A DNA stretch of 64,000 bases from Penicillus capitatus (lineage: Eukaryota > Plantae > Chlorophyta): contig OZ287697.1 in assembly GCA_965649825.1 (NCBI GenBank), positions 1,536,351-1,600,350 on the forward strand, read 5' to 3'. Every line of letters starts with the position of its first letter. Position 1 is the first letter of the stretch. This document shows, piece by piece, positions 33,214 to 48,251 of this stretch. The translations under genes were made by a program, and so were the position numbers. Below the pieces are notes generated by a model. That model did not search any database, was not told where the DNA came from, and saw nothing but the letters and a program-made list of their open reading frames with translations.

Positions 33214-36200
33214 ATGACTGTCCACCCCTTCGTCCTTCGGACGAAGCACAGAGCGGCGCTGCTAGTAATCTTCAGCATCGTCGCCATGTTCGCAGACGCT
33301 TCGCTGGATGTCCGGTCAACAGACCCACGGCCCACAACAGCGGCTTCGGCGGTCTCGAGCGACGAACGGTTGTCTTCGTCGTCCCCCTCCGCTCTGTCGG
33401 TCCATTCGCTCAACGCCCGAACAGAGACGGAGAAACCCTCAGACGACGAAGCACCGAGCCGTGCACTGTGGACAACACGTCATCTAAACAGAGTACGTTT
33501 GAAGCCACGTCTTACCTCGAGCATGTTCGAAGAGCGCGCTGCTGTGCAGGAACGCAACGAGGCACGAGCCCTGCGCCAAGCGGATCAAATTCCTGAAGAC
33601 GCGACAGGTGATGTCGATGACGTGTCTGCCGCGTCGGACGACGAGCTGAGGGTTGTTGTTCTGGCAGGGCATGTCTGTCGACTGACCCAAAGAAAACGCT
33701 ATCGCTTTCTCGACCTGGCGACGCGCACGTGGTCGCTCGACGCTGCCGACTTGGACGACATCGACAACGACATTCAAGCCATCGTCGACTGCACTCAAGC
33801 TGAAGACACCGTGCTCCTCACGACGACGAAAGCCATCCGGCCGGCATCGCGGGTCACTCTTCCGTGGCCCCTGACCGTATCCGCCAGCGTGCCGAGCGTC
33901 GGGCTCTCCGACGGCGTGTTTCCTCGAGCGGAGAACAGGACGACGTTTCGGTGCCCCGGAGAAAACCAAGGCGTCTTCCTCGTCCGGTGCGTCCCGCTAA
34001 CAAAGAGTGAGCTAGGCGGCTGATACAGCGATGTGACTTCTCTCCAGGTCGAGGGATGTGACGCTGGCGAATCTCGTGTTCGAAGACTGCGTCTTCAACA
34101 AGACGGACGGCACCAGGGACGCCATCGTCAGCGTCGAGAAATGCATCTCGGCGGACTTGGACGGCTTGTTGCGTTTGCACCACGTTGACTTCCGGGGGAA
34201 CACCCTCCTTAGGCATTACGCCCTCAAGATGCAGTCCTCGTCGTGTACGGACTTGGAGCTGGTCGACTTCGGCTTCGCGAGAACGGAGTGCGACGGTCCG
34301 TGTGGCGTCGCCCTGTCCACCCGTAACAACCGGCTGCGTGATGTCCGAGTCCTCGAGATCACGCCTCCAGACAGATCCCGCGAAGCGCCGTCCGTTTTCC
34401 ACGCCCCTCCCGGTTCACAGACCGCCGTCCGGCGACTCTCGGCAACGGACAACAAGGTGAAGATCTTTCGCATCGACAACGGCTCTCTGACGCTAGAAGA
34501 TTCGGAGCTGTGGAACAACGTCCTCGCCCAGTCGACGAAGAACATCTCGCGCAGCGTGTGCGTCCACCTCAGGGAAGCATCCGTCAGCATCCGGAACTGC
34601 ACATTCCGCGACAACGAAGCGGAGGACGGAGCCGTCGTCTTCGCAGAGCGGTCCTCCGTCGAGCTGCGCCGGTCGACTTTGACGGGAAACCGAGGCAAGA
34701 GAGGCGGAGCCTTGTATCTGGCCGAGAACACGACGGCTGTGGTCGACGACTGCACGCTCGAGGCCAATAAAGCCACAGAAGGCCAGGGAGGAGCGGTGTA
34801 CGTGGCCAAATGGTCGACGTGTCGCTTCAGGAGGAGTGCGCTGCTGATGAACTCGGCCCATTTGCACGGCGGCGCTGCCAGCTTTTCGGCAAACGCATCC
34901 GGCGTGTTTCGCAACGTGCGCTTTACCGGCAACCGGGCCGACAGGGACGGAGGATCGCTGTATCTGATGACGTCCAACGTGACTCTCGAAGGGTGTGTCT
35001 TCTCCGAGGGGCAGGCCGATCGCGGAGGACTGCTGTACGCGAGCAGCAACTCTTCCATCGACATCCGCCGCTCGCAGCTGACAAACAGTTCCAGCAGAAA
35101 GGGTGGCGGGTGTCTCTGGTCGGAAAGCGCGAAGCTCGTCGTGAAGAACTCGACAATGGACAGCTGCTCGACGGCGAGAGAAGGCGGCGCGATGTCTCTG
35201 CAGTTCACCAACGCCACGTTCGCGGATCTCGAGATCTCATCGAGCGAAGCGCAGGACGACGGCGGCGGCATCTTCGCCGTCGATTCGAACATCGAAGAGG
35301 CGAGGATGACGCTGATCGGCAACAGAGCTGAGGGAGCCGGCGGCGGCATGTCCGTTCAAGACGGCGGGGTCCTCACTGTAAAGGACGCCTTTTTCCAGAA
35401 CAACACAGCTGGCGGTACAGGAGGGGCCGTTTGCGTTAAGACCATCGCACGAGGGCGTTTCACCAGAGCCGTCTTCAGCGACAACTCGGCGTCGGAGAGC
35501 GCCGGATCGCTGTACTCGCACGGATCGTCGATCGATTTCGAAGGCTGTGCCTTCGATCAGGGTGAAGCCGAAGAGCACGGAGGATTCATCGCCGTCAGAG
35601 ACGAAGCGACCGTTTCCATCAGACACACGACATTCGAAACGGCGTCGGCCAAGGACGGCGGATGTCTCCATGCACATCGCTCACACTTCATCCTCCACAA
35701 CGTGACGCTGGAGGGGTGCAGTTCCGTGGTCGACGGCGGCATGCTGCGTCTCTCCAATGCATCTGCCGAGATCACCAACACCACCATGGCGTCGAACCGA
35801 GCTGGCGATGACGGTGGATGTCTGTACGCCGAGTTCTCGACTGTGACAGGCGATGGCTGGATCGTGGACAGCAATTCGGCGGATGATCACGCAGGCGCCC
35901 TGCGCATCCGTCTCGAGACTCAGTTCGCCCTCGCCAACTCCGTTTTCCACGACAGCAGAGCAGACAGAGGCGGGGCGGTGTCGCTGGAGCTGAAATCGAA
36001 TGCGAGCTTTTCGAACGTGGCCTTCATCAACAGCTCTGCGGCGACAGAAGGAGGCGCCTTCTACGTTACGGCATCTGAAACGCATCTCGACAACTGCACC
36101 TTCCAGAACAGCGGCGCGGGAGACGGCGGATTTCTCTTCATCAAGCGGAACGCCAAGGTCACCATCGACAATTCGACGCTGAAGAACGGCAGAGGGAGGA

Positions 36201-39200
36201 ATGGCGCGTGTCTGCGGGCTGTTAGCGGACGCCTGTCCGTGCGTCACTCGGAGATGCATCACTGCACTTCGACAGAAGACGGCGGTGCCATGCGGCTGTC
36301 CGAAGTCAAGGCGGACATTTACCATTCCAGCTTCCACCAGAACAGTGCCAAATTCGACGGCGGAGCGATCTTCGCAGACAAAGGGAAGCTGACAGGGATC
36401 GGCTTGACCATCCGTGACAACATCGCCGATGAGGGAGGAGGGATTCTCCTGTGGGGATCCACATTCGTGATCGAGAACGCCGTGTTCACCAGTAACACTG
36501 CCCTGGGTGGCGATGGCGGCGGGGCCATGTGTGTGAGATCCTCTTCCGAAGTGGAGCTCGACAACGCGACCTTCGCGCGCAACAGCTGCCCAGAGCAGGG
36601 AGGCGCCGTTTTGGTCGAAGCCTCGCGACTGAGCATCAAGCGTTCGGTCTTCAGAGATGGAGAGGCGAAGAAGGCGGGAGGCTTTCTCTCGGCGATCTCG
36701 AACAGTGCTGTCGTGGTGGAAGAGAGTCAGATGAGCGGAGGCAGCGCCGAGAAAGGAGGAGCCGTCGCGGTGCTCGATGCGAGCTTCGAGGGACGCCGCC
36801 TCGAGATCTCAAGCTGCGAAGCGAAATCGAACGGAGGAGCCTTTGTCTTCGAGTCCGAGAAGGCACCGCAGAACAACACAGCCACATTCGCAGGCTGCAC
36901 ATTCGCCAAAAACAGAGCCAGATTTGGAGGTCGGATTAGCGGCCATTGGGTGACACGTGACCCTGGTGTGATGTAGGAGGACTCTACGCGACAACCGGCG
37001 GTCAATCGCCCGCCTGCTCGGACGAGAAGGGCGACTGTTCCGTCGTCACTCTGCGGAGGACGATCTTCGAGCGCAACAACGCCGAGAATGCAGGCGGTGC
37101 CATCTTCGTCAGCCAGTCGAGGAATCTCAAAATCAAGTGTCCCGCAGCGAACGACAGATCGACCCGCTCACCAGGAAAGGGAAAAAAGGGTTACCTGGAC
37201 GGACTTGCTTCGCCAAAGGTCGGCTGTGCGCAGTGGACAGGCAACAAGGCTGGATTGTACGGCGAAGTCGTCGCCTCTTATGCATCGCGACCCGTGGTGA
37301 GCGTTGAAGAGAATGGAGTCAAGACCGTCGTAACGGACAGATCCAGTCCCTACCGCATCGAGGGCTACAAGAGTGGTTCGTCGTTGCCCACGATCACGCT
37401 ACAGGTACAAGACGACTTCCGCCAGAGTCCGGCAATCGGGAGGGACTTCCGCAACATGATCGCCACCGTGTTCTCCTCAGATAAACTCTTCGCCGGAAGG
37501 CAGAGTCTTCTGTTGGACAGGCGTCAGGTCGAGCATCAGGCCGTCGGATTTGCCGAACCGGGAGTCTACACCATCGTCCTTGAATTCGAGGATGACTACG
37601 TCGAGACGGTCGAGATCGAGGTCGAGGTGCAGAAGTGCATGATCGACGAAGTGCCTTCTATTAGCGGCACGCTCTGTGAGAAGTGCAGTGCAACGACCTA
37701 CAGCTTCAACCCGACGGACGACGAGGATCTGGGATGTCAGCCGTGTCCGGCAAACGGCAACTGCGAATCCCGTGTGATCGCACCGAAAGATGGATACTGG
37801 CACAGTTCGCCGTGCTCGGTGTACATAAGGAGATGCCTGACGTCCTACGCCTGCAACTTCGACGACCGCAAGGCAAAGCTACAGGAGAAGACGAAACACA
37901 TGGAGAGCTGCGATCTGAGTCCGACGGAGGTCGAGGATTACCAGAAAGCGCAGTGCGCAAAGGCAAGTGTTTTCCCGCCGATGACAGAAAGCCGTCAAAA
38001 CGGGTCTGTTGCTGCGATTCAGGGTCATTCCGGTCCTCTGTGCGGATCGTGCGAGTCGGGACACGGGAGTTCGCTGTCTTCGAAATGCCAGGAGTGTCCG
38101 ACTACCGCTGGCAATCTCATGGTGATCGCCAGCTCAACGCTCATCCTACTCGTCCTGTCCGCCATCACGATCCGCGGGACACTGAGCGCCGTGCGGTGAG
38201 ACCATCGGGATCTCCCGGACGGCCTTCTGACGGACCGTGTGCGTCTTGCAGAGCTTCGGTCAGTCCATTCGCTAAAGTCCCTGAGGAGCCTGACGCTTCC
38301 GTCGATGGAGGCCACAGCACAGCGCAGAGTGACAGAAACGATGGCGTGCACGCGAGCCCATCCGTCCTGGCCAAATGGAAAGCCGTCGAAATGCTCAAAG
38401 TACTGCAAGGTCAACGTCACACTTTTCATGACGATGGAATGATGTGACAGATCACACTCAACTATGTACAGGTGACGATTCTCATCGCCTCGGTGGACGT
38501 CGGATGGGCCGTCTCCATGCTCATCATCGCACAGGTGGCAGGTCCGTGATCGAATTCCACCTCACTGCCCCTATCATGCCGTCTCGTGCCGTGCAGAGTT
38601 TCTCGGCGGTCTTGCAGCGGAAGGCATTCGGCGTTCGGTCGTGTGTCTGAGCACGGGCAAGCAGTCGATGCATCCAACGGCGCTCGCAGTCTTCGTCACC
38701 ATCTGCGCCATCCCCACGCTCATCTTCTTTCTGCTCAGTCTCTTCTGGATCGCCGTCGCGGCATACAACCGCATCCGGAAGCCGATGCGCTTTCTCATGA
38801 TGCGCTGTCTGCTCTCCGTCATGGTCCTGTGGTACATTGCCTCGGTCCCCGTCATGAAGACAGCATTCGGCAGCCTGCTCTGCGTGAATGTGCAGGACAG
38901 CCAGAACCCTACGGAGGACAGTAGCATCATCAGCTACTGGGCGGTGGACACCAGTCTCGAGTGCTTCAAAGGCGACCACCGGACGCTGTCCCTTATGATC
39001 TGGTTCTTCGTCGGGACCATCTACGGTGGCCTCCTCGGCTTCCTGATCATCGTTCTCTGTTCCTCCGAAGAGCAGCGGACCAACACCGAGAGCTGGATCT
39101 ACCAGACAACAGGATTTCTCTACCGCAGTTTCAAGAGCAACTACCTTCGTTACTGGGAAGTTGTTGTACTCGTGAGGAAGATCGTCATCGCCTTCCTTCT

Positions 39201-39660
39201 TTTCTGCGCCCAACGTTACGACAGCCAGCTGCCGATCATCGGCGTCGCTGGCTTCATCGCCATCGCCATGGGACTGCAAATCATCGCACATCCTTATCGA
39301 GACGAATTCAATGTCCTGAATAACTTCGAAGTGATTTCCTTGTTCGTGTCACTCTTGATGTCGCTCGTCGCCGCCGCCCTGAAGAGTGAGGTGTTCAGCG
39401 CGGAGTGGGGACGGGTGACCATCACGGCCCTGTGTGGCCTGCTCAACATATCGACCTTCGCAGTGTTTTTCACTTTTCTCTTCGGTTATTTCGTTGAATA
39501 CGTCAAGCTGTACTTGACAGATCAGGGGGAGACGCTCGAGTCCAGTCCATCGACAATGAATCTCGTCAAAACGTGGATGACCCACGAGATCGGGGGGTTC
39601 GTTACCTACTTGAAGCATGGCAATTCGGACATACATGCAGAAGCGTCGGAGAACGCATGA
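33214..39660 (+). CDS. P3: divergent paralog, ~2018 aa, 8 exons
   Basis: Exons 33214-33607, 33668-33986, 34048-36929, 36977-37962, 38023-38195, 38252-38399, 38451-38541, 38597-39660 (6057 nt, divisible by 3). One GC-AG intron and one intron not found in the other paralogs. Confidence 0.87.
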
Positions 39661-40219
39661 TTAGCATCTCGCTCCCTCCTGCAATAGGGAGGATCATTTT
39701 TTTCAAGTCAAGCTTGCAGCGCAGTCTTCTGGATTTGGATGGGACAATCTGTTTTCGCATTATTGTTTTGGAAATCATGTACGGAGAGGAATAGCGGATG
39801 GGTGCTTATTGGTGGATGGGTTGGTTATAAACGGCTCACGGTGAATGGGTGGCCGATGATGGTGCATCTCTCATAGAACTCTTGTCTGCCTGTAAGCTTG
39901 GCTTGATGTGACGACTGCCTGCCTAGGACGCGAACGCGTTGCCCATAGCATAGCAGAGACGTCGGTCGCATCGAACCCTCTGTCCGTCGACGCAAAGAGC
40001 GCGCGATGTGACGTCTCTTCGAACTCGATGTGTCGTACGGCTGGACGATCGCACGTTGCGATCGAAGAAGAAGTTTGGCAACGAGGACGATCCCCACGGA
40101 CAGCACTTGACGCGGAACGCGGCATCGGGCGAGACGAAGAGGACATGCATATGGTACGCACCGGCTTCGCCCGTTCCACTACGGCATTCGAAGACGGTGT
40201 CTGCAAAAGAGATGTCGAG

Positions 40220-40760
40220 GATGCAGGTGCGCGTCACTCCGCGTGCATTCTACAACGACACACAGTCACTTGTGTTCGTTATGTTCGCAGGGCTCCTAAG
40301 CAGAGTCGTCTCCAACACGGCGAGCCTATCAGCGGAATGCCTGACTTCAGAGGCATTCGTTGTTGAACTCCACTGAGCGCACTCATCAGGGTCTACATCC
40401 CCTCTGCTTGTCAGCCGTCTTTGTGTCCGACCGGGTGTCTGGACCCTTGTCTTCGTCGCAGGTTCAGAATCTGTGGTGAAATTGGTCAACATCGTGCTGA
40501 GTGCCCTGGGCGTGATCTTCTACCTCACCTTCATGCCTGTCTGTCAATTCATCACTGGCACACTCGCAGCGTCAGAGTCCACGAATTCCAAGATATGGAC
40601 AGTCAGATCGCAACGGAGTACTGGGTGTCGGACACGAGCGTCCATTGCTCCCGTGGATTACATGATTTCTCGCCTGAGCTATCGGGCGGCCATGCTTTGC
40701 CTTTCTTGTCCTTCTGTCTTTCAGTCGTTGCCGTTCCGATCGTCAAGCTTTGGACGAAGT
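40220..40760 (+). pseudogene. Remnant of the family's last (membrane-domain) exon
   Basis: Intron-like GTGCGC...TTCGCAG, then SLSAECL, VLSALGVIFYLTF and EYWVSDTSVHCSRGLH, with stops and frameshifts. Confidence 0.65.
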
Positions 40761-41833
40761 GAGCAGCATAGAGTGAGAGACTTTCTGTGATGTTCTCTTC
40801 GATCAAATTCGTGTCGAGCGTTCCGTTCCATGACGATGCCCTCGATCACGGCATTTAGTTCTTGTCAACATCAACCTTCGTGTCATTCTTTTAGTCTTTC
40901 TTCTGTCGTTCGTGTGACAAGCACAGCGAAATCTTCCAGAAGTACCTTAGCGGCAAAGCGACGTGCATTACAAATCGAGAATGTGCACACGTATATGCTC
41001 GAAGCTTACTCATGGATTATCAGTTTGGGGTCATAGAATGGCGTGCTTGGTTGTTTCAAAATCACTTGTGGAAAGGCTCATCAAGCCGTCAAGTAGAGCT
41101 TCCTCTTATTAGTGCGTTGTTTGCTACGCCAGAAAAGTACTCTGAGTATCAAATGCGTGACGACAAGATGTGTTTTTGGTCTCTTGTCGTGTTTACTGGC
41201 TGCAGTGCATTTGAAGAAGATAAACAACCAAGTAAATAGAGGAGTGCGATCCCCAGTGTCTTCTTTTCGGTTTTCTGTGAGCCAGAAATGGATACACCGC
41301 GACGACGTCGATCGACGAGCTGACCTTCCAACGAAATAGCCACGCCACATTTGCAGTCTCTCAGCGAATCTCGGGGAAAGACAGAAGGTAAGGTGCCCAC
41401 GACGATCAGGGATGAACGGAGTGCTACATACGTGAAGCAGCCGAGTGTGATGGGAAAGTCGTGCTCAAAGACCTATCGTTCAGTTTCCGAACAACCGACA
41501 CCGTCGACTGTTTTCTAGAAGGATACCAGAAGAGCAGGCCTAAGAGAATCAAAGAAGATGCATCTGCACGCGGAAACAGAGGATGGTTTCGCTGTGTCGT
41601 CCATCCTTGTCAGATGGAACGGTAACAATGCCATAGAGAAGACGCGCAAGGGGAAGCAGGTGGCGAGTGACGAGAGGCGGAATCGCGACATGTCACTGAA
41701 CTCACAGAAATCAGCTCTACTTAAATACTGACTGCCAGATGGGAACGGGTTCGGAAAGACATTCAATGTTCAAGCCACAGAGTAAGGAAAACGATAGTCG
41801 TAGGCTGAAATGACAGATCCCAGTTGCCAATTG

Positions 41834-44800
41834 TTACACAGAGGCGGCTCGGCGCCCATAGAGAAGTTTATGAATGGCCATCCTTCCGCGTTCGATTACG
41901 TGATGAAAGAAATAGACCCACAGGATGTGATGAGCTCCACCATGGGGCTTGTAAGGCACTCCTGCTTGATCAAGAACAATTCTGAAATAATCGGCAGTAA
42001 AGATGACAAAAACAGCAAGAAAAAACAGAAACAGCGCAATGTTGCAGAACGCAATACCGACAGTAATCAAGACACGGACAGAGGAAGACACGTGCTCGTC
42101 TCCAAAGAACATGCTCGAGCCGAAAGTCATGGCAGAGACGAGAATAGACAGACTCTCCATCTTGTTCAAGCTGTCGAACTCGGAACGATAAGGACAACAC
42201 ATCATCTGAAGGTAGAGAACGAATGTAAAAAGCAGTACAGCAAGGACATGTTGCAAACTGGCACCCAAAGGATAGGAGAAGACAACGATCACTGCCAGAA
42301 CAGCCTTTCTGAGCATGACGATAGACTCCCAGAATACATATTTCCTCTTGTAAGAGCGATACAGAAATCCACAGGTCTCATAGATCCATCCACACTTGTA
42401 GTCCTCTTCGACGTTTTTAACGGTGAGGCAAGCAGTGGCTAACGGAAACCCGAAGGAGAAAACGATCAGCAGAGGACATCCCAACATGAAGGCTAACAAG
42501 GCATGGGGTCCCCTGTAGCATTCGATCTTGGTGTCTGTCGCCCAGTAGTCTGATGTGACGTCGATTTCGAGATCGACAGAATCGTGAACTTCTACACAGT
42601 CCAGAATGCTGACGAGTGTCTTGGTGAGAGATATGTAGCTGATGTAAAGGACGGCGATGGCCGTCAGGATGATCTTCTTCATCAGATAGGACCATGCTTC
42701 TCCTCGCTTGACCTTGATGGCCATCCAGATCATGCTGAACACGCAGATGACTCCCAGGGGGATGCAGATGTCGATGATGATGCTGGCGATCGAACGATCC
42801 ACCGAGCCACCGTCCGGGACGATGCAGTCCACTGACCGGTTCACCGCCTCCGACGTAATGCCGCTGATGAACTCTACAGAAGACAACAGAGAATTAGACG
42901 ATCTTCCGAAAACGCTCTTCTCTCACCTGCTCCTTCGAACAGAGCTATCATCATCAGAGTCCACTTGACGTTGATGGCGATGGCGACTGCCGTCACTTGG
43001 AGAAAGTTCACCACGATCTACAGCAGAGTGTCAATTTGACATAGGAAGCTTACTCTAACCTTGAACAGCTCCACAGCCTTCCACTTCGCCAGATCTGCAT
43101 CTTCGGATAGCGGTTCGGACAGTTTAGTTGGATGCAGTTCTGGATGTAGAAGCTCCGACGGAACGCGACCGGTGACCATCATCTCCACCATTTCTTCATT
43201 AACAGGAACCGACGATGATCCGCTTGGCAGAGACCCCAGCTGGCGGATGTGTTTAGCAGACTTCCTCTTCGGATTTGGCTTTGAGATCGTGTTGCTTCTC
43301 ACTGTGATGGCCGAGAGTGTCAGGAGCACAAAGAACGATACAAGGATCAAGGCATAGTTGCCGAATCCGGAGAAGCACTTCGCGCACAAAGAAGAGTGAG
43401 CCTTCCCGTAGGAGGGTTTGCATGACCCACACAGAGGGCCCTCGTGTCCCTGCGACGACACCCCTTAAGCACAACACACCGTAGCACCAGTAGATCACCT
43501 CTCTGCACTGAGCTTCCGTGTAGTTCTGTTCAAACTCCTCATCGAATTCGCAGCTGCTGATGTTCTTCGTCGCTGCAGTCAATTTGTCTTCCCTCTCTTC
43601 AAAGTCGCACGCCTCGGAGGAGAGGCACTCTTGGATGTTCTCAGAACACGGAGTCTTGTGCCAGTATCCCTTTGCTGGCAGGATGACGTGTGTCGTACAG
43701 TCTCCGTTCTCCGGACAGGGATGACATCCGGTCCCGTTGCCTGGCATGAGATTGTATGTGTCAGAGGTACAAGGCTCGCAAACCATTCCGCTGGCAGCAG
43801 CCACTTCACCAAGTCCACATCCCCTGACGTGCACTTCCACCACAAGCGACTCGATAAACTCTTCGCTGAAATCGATGGTGCATTGGTAGACGCCCTTCGA
43901 TCCAAATCCAACCACTCCAGAGAAGTTCCCGACGCCCTCATTCATCTTGACGTTGACGGATCCGGAGAAAAAGCCGTCCGGTGAGGTCATGACAGCTTCA
44001 ATTACTGGATTGTTTGATCCGACGGCTGGTCCCTGACCCAATCCGTCGACGACCTCTAATTGGATAATAGGAAGGGGCTCTCCACTCGAGTGCCCTTCGA
44101 TGACAAACCTGTTTCCTGACACTTCCTCTACGCCATCGTGTAAGTCGTCAAAGATGGCTGTCATGCGAACTCGGGCACCAGATGACCCGACATCGTCCGC
44201 GTATAGACCAGCCTGGTTGCCTTTCCATGCAGGACAGATATCTTTCGTGGATCTCATATCATCCAAGGCCTTCAGTTCTTCTCTGTCGTAGAATTCTGTT
44301 CTGCGTCTTCGGCCTTCTCTGCGGGAACAGCTCATTCGAATGCTGTCGATGTCTGATACAGCAATGGCTCCTCCAAAGCTCTCCGCTCTGTTCTCAGAGA
44401 AGTTAGAGTCTGTCATGGCCAGGAAGGAACAGTTGTCATCCTGGATCGTGCAGTTTGCCTGTTCGGAGTTTCTGAAGAAGGCTATGGCACCTAAGCACAA
44501 CGTCGCTACCAGTGGATGGATGCTGCAGTGATCGGTCTCGCCTCCATGTGTGGCTGTGTTGTTCCGAAACGTGGATCCATCGATCTGGACAGAGACGGGG
44601 TGTGACTCCGCGCCGACGAAGTTCATTGCACCTCCCGAATTCCTAGCAATGTTATTCTCAAAGATGCAGTTGTTGCAGAGAAAAGAGCAGTTCTCCTCTC
44701 CTGAGATGACGCCACCGGACTTATTGGCATGACATTCTGAGAAGTGAGCGTTTTCCAGCTGGATCACAGAATCATAAAACCACACTGCACCTCCGTACTG

Positions 44801-47800
44801 TGAAGATGCTTCCACCATAGAGACGTTGTGCCCTCGGATCTCACTGTTTAAGCCTGCGCCAATGAAACCCCCATAATCCGTCCAGTTGTTGCGACCGAAG
44901 TGGCAGTTGTGCATGTCAACCGTGGAATTTAAGACCGACAAGCTGCCTGCCATCTGTCCAGCTCTGTTACCCATCATGCTGCAGTTCTCAAACCTCACAG
45001 CGGAATTCGCCACCAGACATGCGCCTCCAGACGATACAACTGAATTGCCTTCGAATGAGCAGTTGACAAATGCACTGGCCACTTCAACACTGCGCAGAAG
45101 TACGCCGCCACCGTTGTCGGCAATGCCGTTGCTGAATCGAGAGTTGGAGATCTGAACACTGTAGGCCTTTTCGCTGAAAATGCTTGCTCCACTGCCGTTG
45201 CGTGCAGAATTCTCATCAAAGATCAATGCATCTCCGATGAGTTCGGATCCACTGAACATGAAAATAGCGCCACCGAATGTGATTGCCCGGTTTCCGATGA
45301 AGCTTGAGTTTTGAAGATGCATTGCAGAATCTGTACCAGAGATAGCGCCTCCGCTATCCAGCGAAGTGTTGTTCTCCACGGAGACATTGCGCATCCTCAA
45401 AACGCTTTCTATGTTAATAATGATTGCGCCGCCACTTTTGTCACTCATCCCATAAGCGATGGAGGAATCGCTGAGATTCACTTGCGCATTATTGCCGACG
45501 AGAAAAGCGCCTCCATACACAGCACTCCCGTTTGTGAAAACGCAATGGCTAAAACTGGCGTTTGAGGAATCAACATAGACTGCTGCAGCACTTTGTCGAG
45601 CTGTGTTTCCGAAAAAACGACACCCAGCGACTGTGGCCAAGCTCTCGTAGGCAATAGACATAGCACCTCCGTATATACCAGAGTTCGTCTCAAAGGACGA
45701 GTCAACTACGCTCATTCGGCACTTCGACCGACAGGAGACGCCAGCAGCACCCTCGGTACTATCTTCACTTGTATTGTTTGCAACAATTATGTTCTCAACG
45801 GCCAGTATCGAGTTATAGACAAGAATTGCGCCTCCATCATTCTGTACTCGACAAAAGGAAAAGGTGCTGTTCTCTACGGTCGTGTTGGTTCCCTCGGAGA
45901 GAAAGAAGCATCCACCACTGACGCCAGAAGCATTGGTGAAGTGCGAGCTAGAGATTCTGACTTCACTCTTAAATGACATGAGAAATCCACCCTTGGCACG
46001 AGCAGTTCCGTTATCGAATCGACACAGACGGATGAAGAGATTGCCGTCAGTGTACATGTAAATGCTTCCACCTTCTTGAGCTGCCGTGTTTCCCGAAAAG
46101 AGACTTCCGTGTACTTCCACTGAACTCAAATCCATATAGACCACGCCACCAAAACGAGCGGAGTTTTGAACGAAGGTGCTATCATCGATCTCTGCACTGC
46201 TACGATTTGCAGCGTAAAGGAAAGCTCCATTTCCAACTGCCGTATTGCTGGTCACAAGAGATTGTCTCGCAAAAACACGCGATGCAGCAAGGACAATGCA
46301 GGCACCATTCACCCCTGCTGTATTTGACACGAATGTCGCATTGATGAAGGACAGAGAGCTATTCTGCAAAGCATAAACAACCCCTCCGTCGTAGTGCGCG
46401 GAACTGGATCTGAAGATGAGGTTACGGGACACCAGCTGGCTTCGCTCTTTTAAATCAATACAGCCTCCGTATTCTGCAAAGCCTTCGACAAATTTTGAGT
46501 CGCTGACAATCGCTGACGTCTTCTGCATGCGAATAAACCCTCCTTCAGATGCACTTCCATTCTGAAAATGACACGCTTCGATCTGCAACGTAGAGTCTGC
46601 GAGGCGAAGACTTCCGCCGACATCCGCAGCCGAGTTGCCACTCATATTTGAATCGATGAGTGACACTGATGACGAAACGACGAGGCCCACACCACCGTGT
46701 TCGCTTGCCTCGTTATCTGTGAAGCTGCATCTCTCGATGGAGACCGTGCTGCCAGTCTCGGCGAACAGGATACCTCCCTTCTCGGCTCTGCCGTTTCGGA
46801 AGTCCGAGTCGATAAGAGAGACGTTGGAGGACTGCAAGGAAACGGACCCTCCCCAGTATCCTTGATTTCCCTCGAAATGGGAGTTCTGGATCGTAGCTGT
46901 CGATCGGATGAGATGGATGCAAGGACCGAAGGGCTCGTCTTCGTCAAACGCTTCCACTGAGTTACGAGAACAGGTCGAATTCGTCAGGGAGAGCGATCCT
47001 TCCACGACATGCATCGCAGCGAGATCGTTGCGAACAGCCCTGATGCCGTTCGCCACTGTCCTCGATCCAGTCGGAGCATTCAGAACGGACGGCTGACGAT
47101 CGTGCTCTTCTGTCAGGCGATTCCGCCTGGCCGTGAAGTCTTCGATTCTGTTGTCCGCCGACAGGATCGCGCCGCAGCCGCTGCTCGAGCACTGATTGTC
47201 CGAGAACTCGACGTTTCGCATTTCGAGTGCCAAACACGATGTCGAGTGGACCCAGACTCCTGCAGCATCGACGAGTCGGTTCTCCCTGAAGGACACGTGG
47301 TGCAGAAGAAGAGTGCGGTCCTCCGGCGACGAGGCACACCCCTCTACTTCGATCATAGCATTCTTCTTTCCCGATTCGCCGAAGGAGCATCCCTCGAACG
47401 CGAGGTTGGCGAGAATCGAACCTTCGGTTCTGCAAGGCAACACACTGTCAACGGTTTTCGATGCGAAAGGCAGGACCTACCGGACGAGGAAGACGCCTTC
47501 GTTGTCGCGGGGACACGTGAACGTCGCTCTCTTAACTGCCTTCGGGAACACGCCTTCCTCGAACTCAGCATGTTCCGCCAATGCACTCAGGGTCAGCGGC
47601 CACGGGAGGACAACGCGAGCGGAGGGTCGGATTCTCCTCGTCGAGTTGAACAGCAGAGCGTCTCCTTTATCCGTACAGTCGACGAGCGACTGCAAGTCGC
47701 TGTCGACTTCATCAAGCACATCGTCGTCCACTGACCACGTTCTCGAGCTCTCGTCCAAGTAGCGGCGGATGTCGACGCGTCGCAGAGAACATTTACGCTC

Positions 47801-48251
47801 TACAGGCAGAACGCACCTCTTAGTTCATAGTCAGCGATAAGAATCGACGAAATCGAAACCTGGTTCCCCAGTTGAAGATGACGGTTCTTCGATCTGAAGC
47901 AAAGTGCGTTTCTCGATGTGAACCTGGACGCACAAGGACACGCTCGCCATGCGCGAGTTGCTTCTAGAAAGCACCGGTTTACCCCTGTCGGATTCTGCTC
48001 GTCGTCTCCTTCGACATAGGTCGACAGTGAAGGCAGTTGGCTAATTGTCTGAGCAGTTGTCGGAGTGTCTGAATCGCCTGCTAGAGAAAGAGTACGCGTC
48101 TTCGGAGACCAAGTGAACGGCACTCGCTTTTTCTAGAGGAGACACGCAGAAGAGGTATGTCTCGGCGTCGTCCCGCGTCGTGAATGGTTGACACCGAGAC
48201 GCCGCATGAAGCGCAGCATATCAAGAGAAGGGCAAAGGAGAGGGGTCGCAT
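41834..48251 (-). CDS. P4: paralog with long beta-helix; probably intact
   Basis: Signal peptide MRPLSFALLLICCASCG. ORFs 47477-47758, 43253-47443, 43018-43461 and 41834-42886 are joined by introns at family positions, including a GC-AG intron at 44541-44491. The first exon needs an extra 55-nt intron (48095-48041) or is frameshifted. Confidence 0.8.
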
